Shown: positions 1 to 9,156, numbered from the stretch's first letter. The stretch is DNA of 35,538 nt from Oligoflexia bacterium (GCA_043732485.1 JAYTHP010000087.1:1-35538), one strand, 5' to 3'. Numbers and translations: made by a program. Notes: a model not told the origin generated them from the letters alone.

Positions 1-1
1 C

Positions 2-238
2 GACGACAGCATGTGTTGCGGGGCAGGCGGCGGTCGCATGTGGATGGAAGAGAAAACCGGTAAGCGCATTAACATCGCTCGCACCGAACAGGCTCTGGCT
101 ACTCAAGCTGATATTGTCGCCTCTTCTTGCCCTTTTTGCATGACCATGCTGACGGATGGCATCAAGGAAAAACAAATGAGCGACAAGGTCAGGGTGCTGG
201 ACATTGCCGAGCTGATGGATCAAACGACAGTCGGCTAA
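2..238 (+). CDS. (Fe-S)-binding oxidoreductase, C-terminal CCG domain (FadF/HdrD/GlpC-like); 5' partial
   Basis: CCGAGGGRMW and SSCPFCMTM motifs plus the C-terminal DIAE are typical of a terminal CCG domain. The frame is open from the window edge. Confidence 0.9.
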   Translation, partial: DDSMCCGAGGGRMWMEEKTGKRINIARTEQALATQADIVASSCPFCMTMLTDGIKEKQMSDKVRVLDIAELMDQTTVG

Positions 239-323
239 TATTGCGTGACCCGAGTGGAGAGCCAAAAAATGCCTCAGGCACCCTTTTTTCTCTCTAGTGG
301 GCCTGAGCGCCAAGCCAGCGCGC

Positions 324-1400
324 TTACTTCAAGAGCACTTTCACGGCCGCTTTAAGTCCTTGGGGCAGGTGCGGCAGGTGATCGACGCGGGAAAACTGCC
401 CTAAACCCCTCCTCGCAAGCTCAAGGCACAAGCCTTGATCCTTTGATCCCTCGCTGCTGCCTACCAACTGCAAGACACTGAGCGGCGCGCAAGAAGCCGC
501 CAGAAAAATAGGATTTCTGCCAGCCGTGTACTGGCCATCGGTCACGAGGAGGAGTGAGACTTTCAGGCCGCGCTCCTTTTGCCGAGCGGCGCGCAGCATC
601 CGGAGCCCGGCTTTCAAGCCCTGCTCTAAATCGGTGTAACCTTGACTAGCGAGCTCAAGAAACTGCCGCACCACCACCGCAGGGCTAAGCCGCTGGTTGA
701 AGACCTGAATCGTTTTCGCCTGGTGCTGAAAAATTACTAGGCCCACTTTCAGGAAATAAAAATCTTGTAAAATCACCGCCAAAGCCACCGCCGTGAGCGC
801 CAACTTCTCGCCTCGCATCGATAGGCTAGCATCCACGCACAAGATCAAGCCGCGTTCTCGCTCTTCGCTGACTTCCACCCAGAGCTCACCGCCTGAGCCC
901 GACTCAGCCCCCGCTAAGCCCCCTTGCTCCAGCATCTCTTCAAACGCAAGCTCACACTCACCGTCTGCGCCACTGACCCAGGGCTGAGCCTCCACCCGCT
1001 GGGGTGCTACCGCTTGCTGCCGCATCTTGCGGGCCTGACGCAAAATCTGCTGTATTGCCGCCTGTTGCGCTTGCTGGACCTCGATGTGCCCAGCAGCATG
1101 CTTTTCCAGGGCACGCTGGTAGACTTTCACAAAATCTGCAACTAGCTTGTGAGTAGCCTCCTCCTTCAAGCTCCCGGACGCTGGACTTTGAGTGGGACCA
1201 GGCTCAGTCGTTTGCGCCTTGCGATTGCACTCGAGCGAAGAATCACGATCAAAAAAACCCACCAGCCCCCAATCTGAAGCCATGGGACTGCGACTCAGCG
1301 GCTGCTGCGGCTTGCTCAAGAAGGGATCAACGGCGGGGTCGGCAGCAGGACGCGCGAAGCTAAATAAGTCTTGCGCGGCTTTGGTTCCCAGGCCAGTCAC
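324..1400 (-). CDS. von Willebrand factor A (VWA) domain protein, partner of the upstream AAA+ ATPase
   Basis: MIDAS motif DASLS (DxSxS), GYTD and LLVTDG. The GTG at 1400 has no convincing RBS. The same frame is stop-free up to 1520 (TGA at 1523-1521), overlapping the ATPase 3' end. Confidence 0.85.
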   Translation of the reverse strand: MTGLGTKAAQDLFSFARPAADPAVDPFLSKPQQPLSRSPMASDWGLVGFFDRDSSLECNRKAQTTEPGPTQSPASGSLKEEATHKLVADFVKVYQRALEKHAAGHIEVQQAQQAAIQQILRQARKMRQQAVAPQRVEAQPWVSGADGECELAFEEMLEQGGLAGAESGSGGELWVEVSEERERGLILCVDASLSMRGEKLALTAVALAVILQDFYFLKVGLVIFQHQAKTIQVFNQRLSPAVVVRQFLELASQGYTDLEQGLKAGLRMLRAARQKERGLKVSLLLVTDGQYTAGRNPIFLAASCAPLSVLQLVGSSEGSKDQGLCLELARRGLGQFSRVDHLPHLPQGLKAAVKVLLK

Positions 1401-1462
1401 TGCGGGCGCCGTCCCGTCCGGTGCTCGCGCGAGAGGAGCTGACGCATTCTGCTGCCTCTGAC

Positions 1463-2482
1463 TTAGCTGCTGGGACGACTCAACGGACTGCTGCTGCTGC
1501 TGCTGCTCTTTTTTTTTTGCTCAAGCCCGCTCCCGCGACTGAGCCCCAAGACCTCATCCACCCAGGCGTTCACCCAAGCTTCAAACTCCGCCCGCCCAGA
1601 CAGGTACGAGCTCTCCTCCCCCATCTCGATACGATTGGCAAGCACCATCACTGCAGCCTCACGAAACGCCGCTTCAAGCGATAACGCCCCAAGAATCCCA
1701 GCAGCGGGAGTCAGTAACGCTGGATCCTGCGGCTTGACCGCTTCGGGCTTCAAATCCTTGGGCCCCGCAGACTCTTCCATCAAACTCACCGTGATTTCGA
1801 CCAAACTGATGGCAGCCCGCAGCGATGCCCCGCGCCGCACCGAGGGGTGGCGACGCGTCAGCCGCACCAGCGCAACCGCAAGCGCAATCAACCCAGTAGC
1901 GTCAGCCACACTTGCAGTAGGATCACTCACGGCTTGGGTCAGGATGGCAATCTCCTCAGCCTCGCTTTGATAATTCAGGACAATGAGCTCGAAGCGATCC
2001 AAAATCGCTTCACTCAAGAAGGTGGTGGCGGTAAACTCCTTAGGATTTTGCGTGGCAATCACCCAGAACTGGGGGTGAGCCTTTTTTTGCCCGAGCTTAG
2101 GCACCATTAACACCCCTTCATCTAACACCGGTAACAGGAGGTTCTGGACGCCTTCAGGTAAACGATTCAGCTCATTGAGCAATAAAACCCCGCCTTGCTC
2201 CATCGCCTGCAGCAAAGGTCCTGGCACGAAAGCCTCGGGTGTAAAGCCGCTTTTCATCACCTGCGGCGGATCAAACCAGCCGACCAGCTTTTGCTCCGTA
2301 AACCGCGGATCACCGTCGATGCGAAAAAACGGCCGTCCGAAGAGCTCTGCCATCTCAAGTCCCAGGCTCGTCTTCCCCACCCCTACTGGGCCCTCAATCA
2401 GCACGTGATGCCCCGTTTTAAAGCAGCATCGCAGCTGCTGCAGTTCCCGCTCACGCCCGACGATCCGACTCAAGTGTTGCAC
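1463..2482 (-). CDS. MoxR-family AAA+ ATPase
   Basis: Walker A GPVGVGKTS, variant Walker B LLLNE, sensor-1 ATQNP, LSEAILDRF arginine-finger region and GASLR sensor-2. GAGGAG RBS at about 2493-2498. Confidence 0.92.
   Translation of the reverse strand: MQHLSRIVGRERELQQLRCCFKTGHHVLIEGPVGVGKTSLGLEMAELFGRPFFRIDGDPRFTEQKLVGWFDPPQVMKSGFTPEAFVPGPLLQAMEQGGVLLLNELNRLPEGVQNLLLPVLDEGVLMVPKLGQKKAHPQFWVIATQNPKEFTATTFLSEAILDRFELIVLNYQSEAEEIAILTQAVSDPTASVADATGLIALAVALVRLTRRHPSVRRGASLRAAISLVEITVSLMEESAGPKDLKPEAVKPQDPALLTPAAGILGALSLEAAFREAAVMVLANRIEMGEESSYLSGRAEFEAWVNAWVDEVLGLSRGSGLEQKKKSSSSSSSPLSRPSS
1488..1507. repeat. (CAG/CTG) trinucleotide tract read as poly-Ser in frame 0 and poly-Gln in frame -1
   Basis: ctgctgctgctgctgctgct is visible directly in the sequence. 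Confidence 0.85.
1508..1518 (-). other. Candidate -1 programmed frameshift / transcriptional slippage site (A10G; A_AAA_AAG)
   Basis: Minus strand reads CAA AAA AAA AAG in the ATPase frame. The -1 frame continues AAA GAG CAG CAG... with no stop until the VWA stop at 324. Confidence 0.7.
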
Positions 2483-2985
2483 GTCTTACTCACTCCTCTG
2501 CTGTATTTTCTGATGGCTTCATGGTCTTGCAGCTTCGTGTTTTCTCACCTTCGGCTGCAACCCCCTCCCGCTACCTCCCTACCGCAAGCGCCTATGCCCT
2601 CTCACCCTCTTGTTTTTTCGTTGTAACGCGAAACACCAGAAAAAAAAATCCCCCAGGCCGCCTGAAATCCAAGCCCTCACAAAGTACTTTTTTAAAAGAA
2701 ACATTTTCCCTGCGGCGCTTAGCCAATCAAACCGAGAGTCGCGGGGCAGAGGGCGACTTTAGAGTTCTCTTAGAGGAGGGAAATTTCTTGACACGATCAA
2801 GAACGGAGAGAGATTATGCGGTTCTCAATGATTATTTTGTTGCCTCAGCGTCTTAGATTTTCTTACTCACGTTTTTCTCGTCATTGCTGCCTGACTTAAG
2901 ACATTCCAAAACCTTTAGCTAAAGCAAGGAGAGAGCTAAAAAAGAACAGAAGAGAGCGAGTAGCCCCCAATTCGCTTACGCTCAC

Positions 2986-3567
2986 CTACCCCAAGAGCGT
3001 TTTTGCAAGCGCCGGAATTTCTTCAAGCATCGCTTTACGCTCGCCGTCACTGACCTTAACCACATTAAAAAAACTTTTCCAGACCACGTGCTGAACGCCA
3101 CAAAATCGCAGCGTACCTTCGCTCATCGCGCTAGGAATCGACGTGCTGATCTGATTAAGTTCGACCTCAGGAGAGCCCGTGGTCATACAAACGAGCGCCT
3201 TAGGCTGAGTGAGTAAGCCTTCAAGCCCGCGACTTGACGACTGAAAAGCAAAGCCATAGCTGTAGACTCGGTCAAAATAGCCTTTGAGCAGTGCCGGGCG
3301 ATCAAACCACCACAAGGGATAGATGAACGCCAGCCGATTGGCCCAGCGCACCTCTGCTTGCTCGGCTTGGATATCCGCTGGCACCTTGCCTGCTTGAAAC
3401 GTGGCAAAATCCTCGCCGTCTAAGACTGCGTCAAATTTTTGCTGATACAAATCCCGCGTTCGGACTTCGGCCCCTAGTACCTGCAACTCCGCTTCTAGCC
3501 GCAGCCTGATGGCATGGCTAAAACTTTTTGGATCCGGGTGACAATAAACGATAAGCACTTTTGACAT
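2986..3567 (-). CDS. NAD(P)H-dependent oxidoreductase, flavodoxin-like fold (quinone reductase, KefF/MdaB-like)
   Basis: MSKVLIVYCHPDPKSF, RDLY, PLWWFDRPALLKGYFDRV and TTGS motifs. ATG at 3567 has a GGAGAA RBS, so the longer ORF start at 3654 is not favoured. Confidence 0.93.
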   Translation of the reverse strand: MSKVLIVYCHPDPKSFSHAIRLRLEAELQVLGAEVRTRDLYQQKFDAVLDGEDFATFQAGKVPADIQAEQAEVRWANRLAFIYPLWWFDRPALLKGYFDRVYSYGFAFQSSSRGLEGLLTQPKALVCMTTGSPEVELNQISTSIPSAMSEGTLRFCGVQHVVWKSFFNVVKVSDGERKAMLEEIPALAKTLLG

Positions 3568-3978
3568 GAGCACATTCTCCGTAAGTGAAAATTTACGACG
3601 CAAGACTCCGCGCCCTCTTAAAAGTTTAACGCTGCTCGCGCGAAACCACAACAATCAACGCTACTGAAAAGGGATCTCACGCGAAGGCGCAGCAACCTGG
3701 TCACGGCCCAGCCACTGGCCCCCCCTTTTCGCGACTTCAACCCCCCCTATCCATCCCCCCCCCAGAAAGATCGGCTCGCATGGAGGGGACCAATGAGGGG
3801 GACGAAGGGGGAGAACAATTGGCTGGGGATCCGACCCCAGGACCGAGCGTGGACTGCCCAAGGCTTTAAAAAGTGTTCGTTTTTTGACGGCAAGAACCGT
3901 CCAGCCATAGGTAGAAGTCGTTGAGGCGGAGTTTTCATTGTTCTTTTGTAGGCGAGAATGATAAACTCTACCACACCT

Positions 3979-4224
3979 ATGAGTACCGTTTTAGACTTTG
4001 AAAGCACGTTGGAGCGACTGCAGGTGGTGATTAAAAACCTAGAAAATGGCAGTTTAGCACTGGATGTTTCCCTTGCCCAATTTGAAGAAGGGGTAAGGTT
4101 AAGTCAGGCTTGCCATCAGTACTTAAACGCCGCCGAGCAGAAAGTCGATGCGCTGATGAAAGCCGGGGAAACCAGTCCGGCGTCAGCCAGCCAGACCTCG
4201 GAAAACCCTTCGACCGCAGGCTAA
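3979..4224 (+). CDS. xseB: Exodeoxyribonuclease VII small subunit
   Basis: FESTLERLQVVIKNLENGSLALDVSLAQFEEGVRLSQACHQYLNAAEQKV matches the XseB pattern. Alternative start at 3958. Confidence 0.93.
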   Translation: MSTVLDFESTLERLQVVIKNLENGSLALDVSLAQFEEGVRLSQACHQYLNAAEQKVDALMKAGETSPASASQTSENPSTAG

Positions 4225-4242
4225 AACTTGACCCCAGACACA

Positions 4243-4384
4243 CCCCCCCCCCCCACTCTTGAACGCAAACCCTGCTTGGTGAGCCGCTCACCCCGCTGAC
4301 GACCGACGCCAGACCAGCCTGTTGTCTTTTCCCCACTGGCTTATCTCCTCTCCTTTTTACCCCTCCTCTCTCTCTCTCTCTCTC
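4243..4384. repeat. Simple-sequence tracts: C12 (4243-4254) and (CT)9 (4366-4384)
   Basis: Read directly from the xseB-tlyA spacer. Confidence 0.85.
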
Positions 4385-4445
4385 CTCCCCCTCACACCCA
4401 GAGAGAAAAGAGGCCTCGCTTGACTACCACGGAAGGCTTGAGACT

Positions 4446-5201
4446 TTGAAAAAACGCTTAGATCACCTCCTTGTCGAAAAACTGCTTGCTCCCACCCGGG
4501 CAAGAGCCCAAAGCTTAATCATGAATGCCCAAGCCTTGGTCAACGATCAGCCGGTGTTAAAACCTGGGGCCTTGGTGAGCGAAACCGCCGAACTGAGAAT
4601 TCGCGGGAAGGACCACCCTTATGTTTCCCGCGGCGGCTTGAAACTTGAGGCCGCCTTGGAGCAGTTTCAAATTGTCACGCAAGACAAAGTGGGATTAGAT
4701 ATAGGAGCATCAACAGGGGGATTCACCCATTGCCTGTTGCTGCGCGGCGTCAGCAAGGTCATTGCCATTGACGTGGGATCGCAGCAAATGGCCTGGAGTT
4801 TGCGGGCTGACCCCCGGGTGGTGGTGAAAGAAGGCATCAATGCGCGCTATCTGGAGTTTGCGCAGGTGGGGGAAACTGTGGGGATCATCGTCATTGATGT
4901 TGCCTTTATCTCGCTTGAGAAAATTTTAGGACCACTCCTGCCTTTTGCCACTCCCGACACCGATTGGGTGACGTTGATTAAGCCGCAGTTTGAAGTAGGA
5001 GTGAAAAAATTACCCAAAGGAGGCGTGGTGAAGAGTCGCGAAGATCAGACCCAGGTGGTGGAAAAGGTGCGCCGGTTTGGAGAAAGTATCGGCTTGCGCT
5101 GGCTAGGGGTGATGGAATCACCGATTCAAGGCGCCCAAGGTAACCGCGAGTTTCTGGCGCACTGGCGTTTAAGCGGGAGTTTAGAGGAGAGCTTACCATG
5201 A
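4446..5201 (+). CDS. tlyA: TlyA family rRNA methyltransferase (S4 + FtsJ domains)
   Basis: KKRLDHLLV S4 start, YVSRGGLKL, LDIGASTGGFT, LIKPQFEVG and SPIQGAQGNREFL. Confidence 0.96.
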   Translation: MKKRLDHLLVEKLLAPTRARAQSLIMNAQALVNDQPVLKPGALVSETAELRIRGKDHPYVSRGGLKLEAALEQFQIVTQDKVGLDIGASTGGFTHCLLLRGVSKVIAIDVGSQQMAWSLRADPRVVVKEGINARYLEFAQVGETVGIIVIDVAFISLEKILGPLLPFATPDTDWVTLIKPQFEVGVKKLPKGGVVKSREDQTQVVEKVRRFGESIGLRWLGVMESPIQGAQGNREFLAHWRLSGSLEESLP

Positions 5202-6214
5202 AACGACCTATTTTTGCCGCTTGGGGCCAGACGAGCGTGATGCTATTCGTCTTGGGCTTTGGCGCCTGCAGTAGCGCCTCCAAAACTCCGGAAAACTTGA
5301 GCCCAGGCAGTCGCCTAGGGTCTGCGCTAAGCCCGACCGCCAAAAAAGACGGCGGCACGGGCGAGACGACAGGCGGTGGCGAGCCATCGCAAGGCAACCC
5401 CGCTACCGCGGAGCAAGCCTCACCGCTCCCCGAGCTGCTGCCGCTTGCTCCGCTTCCAGGCGAGAAAGTGTTTCAGCATCAACCCGGCGCGGTGGTCTTG
5501 GTCTTAGGGGGCGGCATGGCCAAGGGGCTTGCGGCCATAGGTGTGCTGCGTGCTTTGAAAGAGGCAAAAATCAGGGTGGCTGCGATTATGGGTCGCGAGA
5601 TGGGCGCACTGATTGCAGCCCTTTACGCTAAAAATGAGACGCTCGGACAGTTTGAGTGGGATTTGTTAAAATTCAAGCCTGAGACCTTTCAGCCGACGTG
5701 GCACTATTCGCTGAGCACCTGGAGTCGGACCTGGCGGCATGAGAAATTCGAGCAAGCGATTGAGGCCATTTTTGGAGATGGCGGCGGCGGCTGGCAGCTT
5801 GAGCAAGCGCACTTGCCAGTTATTTTAGAAAAGCTTGAAGAAGACGGCAAAACCTTGACGGCGTTGCGCAGTGGGGAAGTCAAAGAGCTGCTCGAAAAAA
5901 TCATGGCGCCTGCGCCAACCGGTCCAGAGCAAGCGCAACCCCTAACCCGCACTGCGTTACCCCCTTCTTTGCTGCCAAGCCTTGCGCAGTCCTTGCACCT
6001 TGGGCCAGTGCTGGTCATTGAAACTGAGCCTGCAGTCAGTGGTGATCCTGAGCGGGCAGGCGAAGGCTTGTCGTCGCTGGTCAGAATTCGTCCTGACTTG
6101 AAGGGCATCGACGGGTTGGCATTTGAAAAAATGAGTGATATTCTATTTAAGGGCAAGCAAGCGATGAAAAAAGCATTGCCCGCCGTGATCCAATCGATAG
6201 GAGCCTATGAGTGA
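5198..6214 (+). CDS. Patatin-like lipoprotein, apparently lacking the catalytic residues
   Basis: Lipobox FGAC and the LVLGGGMAKGLAAIGVLRAL glycine-rich loop. The nucleophile position reads GREMG instead of GxSxG. Start overlaps the tlyA stop (ATGA). Confidence 0.75.
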   Translation: MKRPIFAAWGQTSVMLFVLGFGACSSASKTPENLSPGSRLGSALSPTAKKDGGTGETTGGGEPSQGNPATAEQASPLPELLPLAPLPGEKVFQHQPGAVVLVLGGGMAKGLAAIGVLRALKEAKIRVAAIMGREMGALIAALYAKNETLGQFEWDLLKFKPETFQPTWHYSLSTWSRTWRHEKFEQAIEAIFGDGGGGWQLEQAHLPVILEKLEEDGKTLTALRSGEVKELLEKIMAPAPTGPEQAQPLTRTALPPSLLPSLAQSLHLGPVLVIETEPAVSGDPERAGEGLSSLVRIRPDLKGIDGLAFEKMSDILFKGKQAMKKALPAVIQSIGAYE

Positions 6215-9030
6215 TCTTTGAACCAGGTCCACCTTTAAAGTCGTCCCAGAGCAACACCCCTCACTCCGGCTCGATCTGGGGCGTAGGAGGTTCCGGACGG
6301 CGGGGGCCTGTGGGGCAATTTTTTTGGTTGCTCAGTCGACTGGGCTTGTTTTTTGGCCTCAGTGCCGTCTTGGGTGTAGGTGCGGTGTTTGCCTTGTATC
6401 ATTATTTCTCGCAAGGCCTGCCGGAGTTGATCAAGCCTGAGGATTACAAGCCGCTAGGGGTCACCCGCATCTTAGCGCAACACGCTGATCAAACGATTGA
6501 AATTGGTGAATTTTACAAGGAAAGGCGCTACCTCATTCCTTTTGAAAAGATCCCAAGCCATCTCATCCAGGCGTTTCTTGCAGCCGAGGATGATCGGTTC
6601 TTTGAGCACTCAGGCATTAATCTCTTCAGTATTATGCGAGCAGGGATTGCTAATTTTAGAGCCGGACACGTGGTGCAAGGTGGCAGTACGATCACCCAGC
6701 AGGTGGCAAAATCACTCCTGCCGACCCATGAGCGCCGGGAGCGCAGCCTGGATCGTAAGCTCAAAGAGGTGATTTTATCGACCAGGCTGGAGCATCACCT
6801 CTCAAAAAATCAGATCCTTTACCTCTACTTAAACCAAATTTATCTCGGCCACGGGGCCTACGGCGTGCAGGCCGCCAGTCGCGCTTACTTTAATAAGGAC
6901 GTCAGCGCCTTGACGATCGCCGAGGCGGCCCTTTTAGCGGGCATGCCCCAAGCCCCGGGCATTTATAGCCCGCTCATGAACTCGAAAAAAGCCAAAGAGC
7001 GTCAACTCTACGTACTAAAACGTATGTTAGAAAACAGCTTCATTACGGCCCAACAAATGGCCGAAGCCGTTCGCCAGCCGCTTACCATCTATCTGGAAGA
7101 AGACTTGAACAAGAAGTATTCTCCGTACTTAGTGGAATTTGTTCGCAAATACCTCGTCGAGAAGTTCGGAGAAAAGGCAGTTTACGAAAATGCGCTCACC
7201 GTGAAGGTGCCCGTGCAACCCTCGCACCTGCTGGCTGCTGCCAAAAGCCTGAGCGATGGCCTGCGCGCGGTGGATAAGCGCCTGGGCTACCGCGGGGTCG
7301 CCCAACACCTCTCCACGCTCGAGGAGATTGAGAAGTTCTTAGTCCAGCAAAAAAACAAATTCATCAGCCAACGCCTGCGCTTTCACTCGCTGATGGCCGA
7401 TGGCCACTTTGATCAAGCAGAATCCTTGCGCGCAGCCGGGTTTTTGCAAGACGCTGATTGCTTGGAAGAAACCGATTACTGGGCAGTGGTGACTGGTTTT
7501 GATGCGGTTAAAAAAACCGCCCACCTCAAACTAGGAACGTTTGCAGCGGAACTGGCGTTAAGCGACATGCTGTGGGCTAAGCCCGCTCGCAGTGAAGACG
7601 ACAAGCAGCCGATCGTCTACATCCCTCCGCCCCGCTCACCTGCGCGGGTGTTTAAGCTCGGGGATGTGATTTTAGTGCGGCCCTTGCACTTAGCTGATTT
7701 TAAAAAAAGAATGACCTTTAAAGCAGAAAGCGGCGGCGGCCTCGGGTTTCCCGGCGCTGCCGCTGAGAACTCGACCCCGACGTTATCCGTCGCGCTTGAA
7801 CAACGGCCGCAGGTACAGGGCGCTTTGATTTCTTTTGACTTAGAAACCGGCAACTTAGTGGCCATGGCCGGTGGTTATGATTTTTCCTCCTCCGAGTTTA
7901 ACCGTGCCATTCAAGCCATGAGGCAGCCCGGATCGGCTTTCAAGCCCTTTATTTACGCCGCAGCCTTGGAAAAAGGCTTCACGCCTGCTTCCATCATCGT
8001 CGATTCTCCGCTGGTCTTTAAAGACTCAGGCGGCGCCGTGTCGTGGCGTCCGAATAACTATGAGTCGAAGTTTTACGGCGACACGGTGTTCAGGCAGGCG
8101 CTGATTAAATCCCGCAACATCCCGACCATTAAGATCGTGCAGGAAATTCAGGTCAATTATTTACTCCATTACATCAAGCGCTTAGGTATTGCAGGCCAGT
8201 TCCCTTCCGATCTTTCCATCGCGCTAGGCAGCGGCTCCATTGCGCTCTTTGATCTGGTCAAAGCTTACGCACTTTTTCCCAGGCTCGGTCGCAAACTCAG
8301 TCCGGTGTTCATTCAGCAGATTCAAAGCCAGGAGGGCCAGACCTTAGAAGAAGTTTCCCCGCAAAAAAGCGCGGCTACGACGCCCTCCCCTGACCCCAAC
8401 CTGCCCCCCTCCCTCCCGGACTTAGCCGACTCGAAGATCCCAGGCGAGGAGGAGCCAACGACGGCCTCCAATGACGCCAAGGTCCGGCGCGCGGAGGGAC
8501 AAAAGGCCGTGTTCCCGAAACTCCCGCAACCTTCTGACCCCGACCAGGTGCTTGATCCCAGGGTCGCCTACGTCATGACCCACCTCATGAAAGAAGTGGT
8601 AGATTTTGGTACCGGGCATGAGGCTAAGACCTTAGGACGCATCTCGGCTGGCAAGACTGGCACCACTAATGACTCGGTCGATGCCCTTTACGTGGGTTTC
8701 ACGAAGGCCGTGATCACCGGGGTCTGGGTCGGCTATGACACCCAAAAAACGCTTGGACCCGGAGAAACTGGCGCAAAAGCTGCCTTACCAATCTGGGTGA
8801 ATTTCATGAAAGAAGTGGTCCCCTCCTACGCCGAAAGTGACTTCAACGTGCCACCCGGCGTGGTATTTGCCTCGATTGACGCCAATACCGGTAAAGCGGT
8901 GAAGCCCGGACCGAGTAACGCTATTCAAGAAGCCTTTATCGAAGGCACCGAGCCTACCAGCTCAAGCAAGACCAGCGATCAAGGGGGCTCACAAGCCACC
9001 TTTGACTTTTACAACGAAGACCGCGAGTAA
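6211..9030 (+). CDS. mrcA: Penicillin-binding protein 1A (class A PBP)
   Basis: N-terminal TM helix. Transglycosylase motifs AAEDDRFFEHSG and QGGSTITQQVAK; transpeptidase motifs SAFK, SRN and KTG. Confidence 0.95.
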   Translation: MIFEPGPPLKSSQSNTPHSGSIWGVGGSGRRGPVGQFFWLLSRLGLFFGLSAVLGVGAVFALYHYFSQGLPELIKPEDYKPLGVTRILAQHADQTIEIGEFYKERRYLIPFEKIPSHLIQAFLAAEDDRFFEHSGINLFSIMRAGIANFRAGHVVQGGSTITQQVAKSLLPTHERRERSLDRKLKEVILSTRLEHHLSKNQILYLYLNQIYLGHGAYGVQAASRAYFNKDVSALTIAEAALLAGMPQAPGIYSPLMNSKKAKERQLYVLKRMLENSFITAQQMAEAVRQPLTIYLEEDLNKKYSPYLVEFVRKYLVEKFGEKAVYENALTVKVPVQPSHLLAAAKSLSDGLRAVDKRLGYRGVAQHLSTLEEIEKFLVQQKNKFISQRLRFHSLMADGHFDQAESLRAAGFLQDADCLEETDYWAVVTGFDAVKKTAHLKLGTFAAELALSDMLWAKPARSEDDKQPIVYIPPPRSPARVFKLGDVILVRPLHLADFKKRMTFKAESGGGLGFPGAAAENSTPTLSVALEQRPQVQGALISFDLETGNLVAMAGGYDFSSSEFNRAIQAMRQPGSAFKPFIYAAALEKGFTPASIIVDSPLVFKDSGGAVSWRPNNYESKFYGDTVFRQALIKSRNIPTIKIVQEIQVNYLLHYIKRLGIAGQFPSDLSIALGSGSIALFDLVKAYALFPRLGRKLSPVFIQQIQSQEGQTLEEVSPQKSAATTPSPDPNLPPSLPDLADSKIPGEEEPTTASNDAKVRRAEGQKAVFPKLPQPSDPDQVLDPRVAYVMTHLMKEVVDFGTGHEAKTLGRISAGKTGTTNDSVDALYVGFTKAVITGVWVGYDTQKTLGPGETGAKAALPIWVNFMKEVVPSYAESDFNVPPGVVFASIDANTGKAVKPGPSNAIQEAFIEGTEPTSSSKTSDQGGSQATFDFYNEDRE

Positions 9031-9156
9031 CCGCGAAGTCAGAGAGCCAAAGACGAAGACAACGCTCACCGTCTCCCGCGGTCCTTTTTTCCTACTCCCG
9101 CTTTTACCCCCCCCCCTTCCCCCCACAGATGTTTTTGTTCACGGACATGAGGGGAG

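Noticed and set aside
2788..2800. FNR box
   Set aside because: TTGAC-N3-ATCAA has the wrong spacer; canonical is TTGAT-N4-ATCAA.
2816..2899. 27-aa small ORF (MRFSMIILLPQ...) with a GGAGAG RBS
   Set aside because: Too short and featureless to support without conservation or ribosome profiling data.
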